Of a stretch of DNA of 64,000 nt, positions 47,969-56,054 are shown piece by piece (within the stretch, counting starts at the first letter, position 1; each line of letters opens with the position of its first letter). The stretch is from assembly GCA_020348445.1 (NCBI GenBank), contig CP070751.1:2181186-2245185 (forward strand). Direction: 5' to 3'. The translations under genes were made by a program, and so were the position numbers. The notes beneath the pieces were generated by a model. That model was not told where the DNA came from and did no database searches. It saw only the letters and a program-made list of their open reading frames with translations. The DNA comes from Thermoplasmata archaeon (GTDB lineage Archaea > Thermoplasmatota > Thermoplasmata > GCA-020350865).

Positions 47969-48676
47969 ATGAGGCTTGGAATTGTTATCCCTTCCTACAA
48001 CGAGGAAGAGAACGTAGAGGAATTGGTTAAAGAAATCCTCGTTGCTTTAAAATCCTATGATTTTGAGCTCGCCTTTGTAAATGATGGGAGCAAGGATAAA
48101 ACTGGAGAATTGGTGGACAGGCTGGCCCGAACACATGAAAAAATCGAGGCCATACATCACGAGACCAACAAGGGGTACGCCGAGGCTCTCAAGACAGGTT
48201 TTAACAACGGCATTTCCAAGGGGATGGATGCTATTTTAATAATGGACAGCGATTTGACCCATGATCCAAAGGACATACCAAAATTCATTAAATCCTTTAA
48301 TGAAGGTGCAGATATCGTGGTGGGCTCAAGGTACGTTCCTGGGGGAGGTATGACCAATGTTCCCCCAAGGCGGGTTTTTATCAGCAAAACCGCCAACTTC
48401 ATGTTCAGGGTGATTCTGGGTTTGAAAGTGAAGGACGTCTCAAGCGGTTTTCGGGGATACAAAAGAGAGGTTCTGGAGAATATTCGCATTCAATCGGATT
48501 CATTTCAGATTCATGTGGAATTGACGACCAAGGCGGCGAGATCAGGGTATATAATAAAAGAGGTTCCAATAATGCTTGAGAACAGGAGGATGGGTACATC
48601 CAGCTTCAACCTCTCCAAGGTGGCAATGAAGTACGTTAAACTGGTTATCAGATTGAGACTAAAGCGCAATACATAG
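47969..48676 (+). CDS. GT2 glycosyltransferase, polyprenol-phosphate-mannose synthase-like
   Basis: IPSYNE, VNDGSKD, MDSDLTH, VVGSRY, DVSSGFR. Confidence 0.92.
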   Translation: MRLGIVIPSYNEEENVEELVKEILVALKSYDFELAFVNDGSKDKTGELVDRLARTHEKIEAIHHETNKGYAEALKTGFNNGISKGMDAILIMDSDLTHDPKDIPKFIKSFNEGADIVVGSRYVPGGGMTNVPPRRVFISKTANFMFRVILGLKVKDVSSGFRGYKREVLENIRIQSDSFQIHVELTTKAARSGYIIKEVPIMLENRRMGTSSFNLSKVAMKYVKLVIRLRLKRNT

Positions 48677-48693
48677 ACACGAGTGGAATTTTT

Positions 48694-49686
48694 ATGGCAG
48701 AAGAGAAAGAGGAAGAAAAAGCACAAGAAAATTCTGATAACCAAAAAAGTAAGTACATAAAGATCATCAAACGAGTTGTACAAATAGTTATTGCGGTTCT
48801 GCTTCTTTATTTGGTATTTGACCTGTTTTGGACAGAGACCACCTTAGATACTCTAAGAAATGTCAATGTATCGTTCTTCATCCTTGCGATAGTTTTTCAT
48901 CTGATTGCTTTGGGTGTTGTTGCGTATCGGTTCAAGATGTTGATCGAATTCAAGGTCAAAACAACATACAAGAATGTATATTGGGCTAACTTGTACGGGA
49001 TGCTCATGGGGGAGGTCACACCAGGCAAATCAGGATATTTTTTATGCGTTCTCCCTCTGGAAAGAAAGGGTATTAAAAAAAGAATCAGCCTCTCATGCCT
49101 CATCATCATACAGGTTATGGATTTCATTCTAAGGGGGGCAATTGGTATCTTCGCCGTTATATATTTTACACTGTATCTGCAAGCCATTCCCCTATCAGAA
49201 AGCACATGGTATATCGTGATCTCAGTGGGCCTTATCGTTCTCTTCCTTTTGGGATTCTACATTCTGATGTACACATCACTTCCTGTGAGATTCTTGAAGA
49301 GATTCAACATTCCTTATAAGGAAAAGATGCTAAACGGATTGGAGATACTGCACGATACTAGGACAGCGACAAGAGGAAGGATATGGGAGATTTTGATCCT
49401 CACTGTACTTGCCTGGGTTCTCACAGGATTCAGGTGGGTGTTCATTGGCTACGCATTTGGTCTTGATCTTCCCATAATCGCCTATCTTCTTCTGCAGCCC
49501 TTGATCACCCTGGTTTCTTTTATTCCCATAACAATCGGAGGATTGGGCCTTCTGGAAGGCGGGGTTGTGAAGGCCTTGAACCTTCTCGGTGTTTCCGAGG
49601 GAAAGGCCCTGGCCTTCGTTTTGGGTGACAGGGTTGCAGTCGTGGCGGCTGAGGCAGCAGGAATAAAGGAGCATAAATTCAAATAG
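48694..49686 (+). CDS. Flippase-like membrane protein (lysylphosphatidylglycerol synthase TM / UPF0104 / AglD2-like)
   Basis: Multiple TM helices, RFKML, TPGKSG and PITIGGLGLLEGG motifs. Confidence 0.82.
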   Translation: MAEEKEEEKAQENSDNQKSKYIKIIKRVVQIVIAVLLLYLVFDLFWTETTLDTLRNVNVSFFILAIVFHLIALGVVAYRFKMLIEFKVKTTYKNVYWANLYGMLMGEVTPGKSGYFLCVLPLERKGIKKRISLSCLIIIQVMDFILRGAIGIFAVIYFTLYLQAIPLSESTWYIVISVGLIVLFLLGFYILMYTSLPVRFLKRFNIPYKEKMLNGLEILHDTRTATRGRIWEILILTVLAWVLTGFRWVFIGYAFGLDLPIIAYLLLQPLITLVSFIPITIGGLGLLEGGVVKALNLLGVSEGKALAFVLGDRVAVVAAEAAGIKEHKFK

Positions 49687-49715
49687 TAACTTTTAAACGA
49701 GAAAAATCCATTTTT

Positions 49716-50411
49716 CTACCCTTTTCTCCCAAGAACTCCAATTGCGTACGCGTAAAGATGTTTATTGGGAAAGATTCTATCGATTGCCATCAATTTTCTC
49801 CTGATGTTCTCGGGTACGAACTCCCAGTTGTTCGTTGCAAGTGGAGGAAGGATCATAAGACCCACTCTGTCTTTGGGTTCTAGCCCAGCCTGGTAAAATA
49901 GATTCACGAGCTGATCATGTGAATAATCCCTTTCGTACCCAAATTCCCATTTTTTGACTTTCCTTGCTGTGGATTTTAATATTCTATACCAAACACAATT
50001 TTTATTGGGCACGATCACCAGAACCGACCCACCTTTTTTTGTGACCCGTTTCATCTCCACAAGCAACGCAAGATCTTTTGGATACTCAAAATGCTCGATG
50101 ACACCGGAGTTGTATGCGAGGTCAAAGGTCTCATCCTTGAAGGGGAGAAAAAAACCATCTGCTCTTGTCAGATTTGCATTGGAGGTTTGCATTGCTAGTT
50201 TCAGTGCCTCGAAGGAAATATCGATTCCCATGGCTTTTTTGTTTTCTTTTTCAAATTGCGAAAGTCCTAGGCCGCTGCCACAGCCCACCTCTATTACAGA
50301 GGCACGGGCAGGGAGTTTCTTTGCCACAAAAGCGAGGTACGAATAGAGTCTGAGACTGTAGTCAGATTTGGCCTTTTTATGGGCCCATACCTCATCCCAT
50401 ATTTCCTTCAT
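49716..50411 (-). CDS. Class I SAM-dependent methyltransferase
   Basis: EVGCGSG, GIDIS, DGFFLPFKDETFD, GVIEHF, RVTKKGG. Confidence 0.88.
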   Translation of the reverse strand: MKEIWDEVWAHKKAKSDYSLRLYSYLAFVAKKLPARASVIEVGCGSGLGLSQFEKENKKAMGIDISFEALKLAMQTSNANLTRADGFFLPFKDETFDLAYNSGVIEHFEYPKDLALLVEMKRVTKKGGSVLVIVPNKNCVWYRILKSTARKVKKWEFGYERDYSHDQLVNLFYQAGLEPKDRVGLMILPPLATNNWEFVPENIRRKLMAIDRIFPNKHLYAYAIGVLGRKG

Positions 50412-50481
50412 ATGAAATCCCGTTCTTACGATCCATTATGTAGGGTCTGGTATAAGATGTGTGCTGCGACTTCTAATTACC

Positions 50482-52839
50482 TCATTTTGCTACAAGAAAG
50501 AAGAGGTATCCTTTTCTACAGATGATGTAAAGAATTATTATTGCGGGAAAGAACAACAGTGTTATTATAGCACCGAAAACGAAATCCGATGGCTCGAACG
50601 AGAAGGTGATGATGACATTTTCCATATCTGATTGGGCATTGAAACTGATTAAGCGCTGATATGCTTTAGTATCCATTTTTTCTCCGTCATTTAAGCTGTA
50701 CTTCCATCCGGGATACCACGAATTTTTAAAGACTATGATATCTTTGGATGTGATGTTGTCTGCCTTGGCCACGATCTTATGAGGGGTGATTTCGGATACA
50801 GAAAGAGGAATAACGCCATCGTCTCTGACCATAAAAACGTCAGGTAGGGAGTAATTCAACCTGTATAGATACAGGGTTATCTCTTCTGGTGGTGTCTCGT
50901 TTTTAGAGCCCAAACCAGAGAATATCTCTGATAGATCCCCAGGCTCTGCATCTTCAAACTCGGATTCTGTTAAATAGGTGGGCTCGTCGAGCACAGTGTA
51001 TTCTTTGATTAAGGTGGCATTTTCCCTGTTGGCTTTAGGAGTGACTTCATAGTTGTATGGCGTGTAGGTAACATTCCCTATTGTTATGTTGCCTGGATAG
51101 TAAAATTCGTGAAATCTGAGCCAACCTGCAACCCCTGCACTGTACAATGGGATCTCGTAGGACATCACATGGCTGTCGATGAGGGGGTAGTAACCGTCGT
51201 TTATCCATGGCCTGCTTTCTGGATTATCTGCCCAGACATCATCTGCGACTTTCTGCTCGAGTTTTTCCTCGTGAAACCAAACTGACCTTGTTTCGATACG
51301 GGGGGAATTTGCGACGAGCAGGTTGATTGCGATGAAAATCACCAGGAACGTGGAAATGAAAGTGGTGCTGTTAAAAGCCTTTCTCAGCGCATCAGTTAAG
51401 GTTTTTGGATTGATAAATTTCAAAAGATATCTTATGATATCGTATTTGTAAAACACTCGGGATATTATGAAGAGCAGAATCAATATCGTAAAAATTGATG
51501 CAGCAAGTGTTTGTGCTGTAAATTCGTTTCTTGTGAAATACCGATACGCTTCATAATTTTCCGGTATTATCAAATAGACAATAAAAGGTGTGATCATCTC
51601 AAAGAAAATAATCGCGGTGATGCTTCCAAAGAACAGCCAGACATATTTCTTCTGATGTGAAGACAGATCCTTGTATCTATCCATGAACCAGTCAAATCCC
51701 AGGACGATAAGCGATATGAGACAAAAGGACGCCACTATCAAGGACCGCGGGGGCACTGACAGGTTTTGAAACATGCCCAGAAGATGCACCACACCAAACA
51801 CTGTGAAGTAACCCATGGCCCACAATACAAACACCACTGAGGCGGCAATTAGATATTTCTTATGGGGTGATGAATGGAATATCGAGAAAGGCAGGAATAT
51901 CAAGGGAACCAATCCTATGTAGTAATAACTCACACCTTCAGACATGCCCACAGGAAATTCTGATACAGGGGTGTTATCAATGAAAAAGGCGGATATATCT
52001 CCTAAACCTACAGAGCTGTACAAAGCGGGATGTGGTCTTTGGCTCCCACCGCTGTAGTTCAAAATGGGTATCAGTTTTATGGCAAAGATCATGCAAGAAA
52101 AAATCACGATGATACATAGAATGAGAAGCTTCTCCTTGTTGATCGTGATTTTGAGTTTTCTCTTTTTGTCATAACCGAAAACCTGAAATATAGCAAAAAC
52201 AGCGAACAGAAAGGCGAAAAACATAAAAAGCGCCACGCTTGCCAAGATAAAGAAACTCATGGCGATCATGGAATATAACGCATATTTGAACTGTTTTGTA
52301 TCCAATGCTTTGTGAAGAAAGTACATTGTTATGGGAATCCAGGGAAAGGGCAGTATATGGTTTAGATGGCCCACGTACATCCTCCCAACCAGAGCACCGC
52401 ATAACATGAACATCAGGGAACCAAGGTAACGGGGAAGCTTTCGGTTTGTTAGTAATTTCGAGAAGTACCAGAATCCGATACCTGAAAGAAATACATGCAC
52501 AAGCAGAATGACCTTAAGGCCCAGAACTGGACCAAGGGTGAAGAAGAATGGTGTTGTGAAGGGGTAAAAGAGACTGGATGACCAGTCTGTATAGAGAGGA
52601 TACCCCATCTGGAACATGTTTGACCATAGAGGAAACTGGGAATAATCGGCCATAGAATTTTGTTGATAGTGGGCGTACATTGGATATATTGTATAATCAA
52701 AGGAATACGGTACGGTCTCGCCGTCCGAAAACAGGTATTTATAGGTATAGATGATCGCTATAAGAAAAAGCGAAAAAGCTACCAAAAGATCCTCCTTTTT
52801 TTCAGATGAAATCCCGTTCTTAAGGTTTAAAATCCTCAT
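50482..52839 (-). CDS. YfhO-like GT-C-fold membrane glycosyltransferase
   Basis: FPLWSNMFQMGYP N-terminal loop, about a dozen TM helices, YYIGLVPL, C-terminal SWYPGWK and a final TM. Confidence 0.75.
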   Translation of the reverse strand: MRILNLKNGISSEKKEDLLVAFSLFLIAIIYTYKYLFSDGETVPYSFDYTIYPMYAHYQQNSMADYSQFPLWSNMFQMGYPLYTDWSSSLFYPFTTPFFFTLGPVLGLKVILLVHVFLSGIGFWYFSKLLTNRKLPRYLGSLMFMLCGALVGRMYVGHLNHILPFPWIPITMYFLHKALDTKQFKYALYSMIAMSFFILASVALFMFFAFLFAVFAIFQVFGYDKKRKLKITINKEKLLILCIIVIFSCMIFAIKLIPILNYSGGSQRPHPALYSSVGLGDISAFFIDNTPVSEFPVGMSEGVSYYYIGLVPLIFLPFSIFHSSPHKKYLIAASVVFVLWAMGYFTVFGVVHLLGMFQNLSVPPRSLIVASFCLISLIVLGFDWFMDRYKDLSSHQKKYVWLFFGSITAIIFFEMITPFIVYLIIPENYEAYRYFTRNEFTAQTLAASIFTILILLFIISRVFYKYDIIRYLLKFINPKTLTDALRKAFNSTTFISTFLVIFIAINLLVANSPRIETRSVWFHEEKLEQKVADDVWADNPESRPWINDGYYPLIDSHVMSYEIPLYSAGVAGWLRFHEFYYPGNITIGNVTYTPYNYEVTPKANRENATLIKEYTVLDEPTYLTESEFEDAEPGDLSEIFSGLGSKNETPPEEITLYLYRLNYSLPDVFMVRDDGVIPLSVSEITPHKIVAKADNITSKDIIVFKNSWYPGWKYSLNDGEKMDTKAYQRLISFNAQSDMENVIITFSFEPSDFVFGAIITLLFFPAIIILYIICRKGYLFFLVAK

Positions 52840-53040
52840 TACAACCCTCGATTGTTATTGAGAATGGATATATAATCTTTGTGTAAGAGGATATAAATTG
52901 GAGTATACGATAAAATTGAGGTTTATTTAATATATCAACCTACTTTGTGATCATCTACGAAAATCTTTATAGTACCACTAAGCTTTTTGGACAAACAAAT
53001 TTACGCAGTATAAATAGGAAAAAAATCGAGAGGAATTAAG

Positions 53041-54324
53041 GTGCTTGATATCAAGTTATTCAGAGAAAGCCCTGATATGATTAAGAAGAACCTGGAAAAA
53101 CGAGGGTGGACTGCCGATGAGATAGGCCTTGTGGACGAGGTAATCCAATACGATAAGAAATGGAGGGAATCGAGAATCAAAGGGGATGCCCTAAAACACG
53201 AGAGAAACGTGATAACACAGGAAATCTCAGAGCTGAAAAAAGAAGGTAAGGACATCACTTCCAAGGTCGCGGCCATGAAGGATATTAATAAGAATATCGA
53301 AGACCTGGATATAAAGATCGATACTTCATTAATAAACAGGGATGAACTTCTGCTTCGCATCCCTAATCTCATGCATGAGTCCGTTCCTGTGGGAAAGGAC
53401 GACTCAGAGAACATGTTCCTCAGATCCTGGGGAGAGCCCAAGAAATACGACTTCGAATTAAAAAGTCATCAGGATATAATCGAAGGACTTGGGCAGGGAA
53501 GTTTTGAGCATTCTCAAAAACCCTCTGGTGCCGGTTTTTACTACCTGTACGAGGATCTTGTAATGCTGGATTTGGCTTTAATGAGGTTTTCAATTGACTA
53601 CCTACGGAGTGTGGGATTCAAATTGGTGGAGCCTCCCTTTATGCTGAGAAGAAGGGCAATGCAGGGAATGGTTGATCTATCTGATTTTGAAGATGTACTT
53701 TACAAACTGGAAAATGAAGACCTTTATTTGATATCCACATCAGAGCATCCCATGGGGGCCATGCTAATGGACAAGGTGTTATCAGAAAAGGACCTCCCCC
53801 TTCGGTTCTGTGGAGTTTCTCCATGTTTCAGAAAGGAAATCGGGGCCCATGGTGTGGATACCAGGGGAATATTTAGAACACATCAGTTCAACAAGGTGGA
53901 GCAGTTCATTTTCTCCACTCCGGAGCAATCCTGGGAGGAGCATGATCTTCTAATTAAAAATGCCGAAGTACTTTATCAAAAATTGGAGATTCCTTATCGT
54001 ATAATGAACATCTGCACCGGTGATTTGGGGGGTACCGCGGCCAAGAAGTACGATCTGGAAGCTTGGATGGCAAAACAGGGCGTATACAGGGAGGTCGTGT
54101 CCTGCAGCAATTGCACAAGTTACCAGGCAAGAAAACTCAATGTCAGGTACGAGAAGGCCCAGGGAGAAAGGGAATATCCACATACCATAAACAGCACCGC
54201 CATCGCGACCTCGAGGACCATCGTTGCCATTCTCGAAAATAATCAGCAGAAGGATGGAACAGTCCTAGTCCCGAAAGTATTGAGGCCCTATATGAACGAC
54301 CTTGAGGTTATAGGAAAGAGATGA
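53041..54324 (+). CDS. serS: Seryl-tRNA synthetase
   Basis: MLDIKLFR, coiled-coil arm, TSEHP, FRKEIGAHG, HQFNKVEQ, EVVSCSNC, NSTAIA. Confidence 0.97.
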   Translation: MLDIKLFRESPDMIKKNLEKRGWTADEIGLVDEVIQYDKKWRESRIKGDALKHERNVITQEISELKKEGKDITSKVAAMKDINKNIEDLDIKIDTSLINRDELLLRIPNLMHESVPVGKDDSENMFLRSWGEPKKYDFELKSHQDIIEGLGQGSFEHSQKPSGAGFYYLYEDLVMLDLALMRFSIDYLRSVGFKLVEPPFMLRRRAMQGMVDLSDFEDVLYKLENEDLYLISTSEHPMGAMLMDKVLSEKDLPLRFCGVSPCFRKEIGAHGVDTRGIFRTHQFNKVEQFIFSTPEQSWEEHDLLIKNAEVLYQKLEIPYRIMNICTGDLGGTAAKKYDLEAWMAKQGVYREVVSCSNCTSYQARKLNVRYEKAQGEREYPHTINSTAIATSRTIVAILENNQQKDGTVLVPKVLRPYMNDLEVIGKR

Positions 54325-54326
54325 GT

Positions 54327-55208
54327 TCACATCACCTTTCTCATCACATCCCTTTTACTCTCCTTAGCAGGCTCGTAATTGGGGTCAATATGGAGAGCTT
54401 TGTCAAAGCATTCCCTTGCAGCCTTGTATTTTTTAAGCTCCAAGAGAGCAACTCCCTTGTTGTGCCAGGCCCATGGATAGTCTGAATGAATTTTTATTGC
54501 CTGGTCGTAGCATTTTATCGATTCCCTGTACTTTTTCAGGTGCCTTAGAGTGACACCTAGATTGTTCCATGCGCTCTTGTTCTCTGGTGAGTATTTGGTG
54601 GCATTTTGAAAGCAGGAAAGTGCGTCTTTCTTTTTACCCAAGGTAAACAGTACTTTGCCCTTGTTGAACCATGCGCTGCCGTACATTGAATCCAAAGCCA
54701 GGGCTTTGTCGTAATATAGGAGGGCCTCCTTGGCCTTCCCCTGCCTCACCAGGGTGACGCCAATATTGTTCCAGGCTCTCTTCTCCCTTGAATCTAACTT
54801 GATGACCCTGCTGAATTGACTTTTGGCCTTCCCGTACCTTCCCAGGTTGAATAGCACATCACCAAAATCAAGAGAATACTGAGTCTGCTTGGCCTTGTCC
54901 ATCTTCGGTTTATGCTCATTTATTGCAGCTAGAATTTCAGATGCTTTTCTTTTGACGGTGATGTTGAGTTTTTGATCCTCATCCTCATATGTGGTGATTC
55001 TCTTTAATTTGTAAAGTTCAAGAAGAATGATTTCCCCCTCTTTTGGCGATTTTATCGCTGCTTTCAATTCCTCTTCTATCCCAGCAAGACACACCATCAT
55101 CGTTGCATTTGCACCCTTTTCCCTTGTCTGGCTCTTTTTTACTTTACAACCTAAACAGGTCTTTGCCTTAGGATCCGAAAAAATAAGTGGGCAAAGGTCA
55201 AGGGTCAT
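54327..55208 (-). CDS. Tetratricopeptide-repeat protein
   Basis: About five AW.N.G..L...A..C(Y/F)D.A repeats; N-terminal Cys-containing segment. Confidence 0.88.
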   Translation of the reverse strand: MTLDLCPLIFSDPKAKTCLGCKVKKSQTREKGANATMMVCLAGIEEELKAAIKSPKEGEIILLELYKLKRITTYEDEDQKLNITVKRKASEILAAINEHKPKMDKAKQTQYSLDFGDVLFNLGRYGKAKSQFSRVIKLDSREKRAWNNIGVTLVRQGKAKEALLYYDKALALDSMYGSAWFNKGKVLFTLGKKKDALSCFQNATKYSPENKSAWNNLGVTLRHLKKYRESIKCYDQAIKIHSDYPWAWHNKGVALLELKKYKAARECFDKALHIDPNYEPAKESKRDVMRKVM

Positions 55209-55257
55209 GAGATAATAGAATGAGGGTGATTGGTAATGAAGTTTTTGGGGTTGTTAT

Positions 55258-55914
55258 TTACCCGTACAATTCCTCGAAAATCTTCTTTTCAGCCTTCCTG
55301 ATATGGGTGAGAAAGGCCGAGTGCGATATGCCCCTTTTTCCGGCCAATTTCCTTGCATCGGCCTTTTTGGGAATATCGAAGAATCCCTGCTCCACCGCCA
55401 TCTCCAGGCATTTGTACTGCGGGGGAGTGAGAGAGGAGAGCATGTCCTTTCCTTTAACATAATAGTTTGATAATGATACGACCTCGTAATCCACGTTAAG
55501 TTCATCAAGATGTGCAAGAAGCTCTTTTAGGTTCTCCTTTGCCCCCACCAAAGGGATGGTCATCTTTCCCTTGATGTTCACGATGGGAAACTCGAAGAAG
55601 CATTTGTACTCCTTGATCACATGGGATATGAGCTCTGAGACGATTGGGGGAAGGTGCCCAATTACGATGTACAATGATGTTTTTTCCTCGCTTGAAATCT
55701 CGATGATGTCGTCTATTATTATGGACTGCCTTATGATCTCCATATCGGGCTCTTCGATCCACTCCACCTTGGATACCATGATGAACTGCTCTGATGTGAA
55801 AAGAAGGGAAGATACAGTGGTTATCTTCTCGGTATAATCAAATATCTTGTCAAAACCCAGGGCGTACTGGCCGTAAACAGAGAAATCCAGCTTCATGACC
55901 TTTAATCCTTTCAT
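55258..55914 (-). CDS. HTH_10 (bacterio-opsin activator-type HTH) transcriptional regulator
   Basis: C-terminal LTPPQ..CLEMAVEQGFFDIPK...LA...GIS.S....HIRKAEKK. Confidence 0.88.
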   Translation of the reverse strand: MKGLKVMKLDFSVYGQYALGFDKIFDYTEKITTVSSLLFTSEQFIMVSKVEWIEEPDMEIIRQSIIIDDIIEISSEEKTSLYIVIGHLPPIVSELISHVIKEYKCFFEFPIVNIKGKMTIPLVGAKENLKELLAHLDELNVDYEVVSLSNYYVKGKDMLSSLTPPQYKCLEMAVEQGFFDIPKKADARKLAGKRGISHSAFLTHIRKAEKKIFEELYG

Positions 55915-55964
55915 TGGGGTTTACATGGTAACTTTATAATTTAAAGCTTTTGGCTACAGGTTAT

Positions 55965-56048
55965 TTACAACGGGACTTCCCAGACTATCGTAACCTTGGA
56001 GTGAATGTAGTATCCTCCCTCGATCTTGTAACTATCGGATATTTTGTG
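55965..56048 (-). pseudogene. Orphan relic of a type-A C-terminal tail (HKISDSYKIEGGYYIHSKVTIVWEVPL*)
   Basis: Manual translation. It matches the ends of the genes at 37868, 42562 and 60008 and lies in frame behind TGA-AGT-TAG of the gene at 56055. Confidence 0.8.
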
Positions 56049-56054
56049 CTAACT

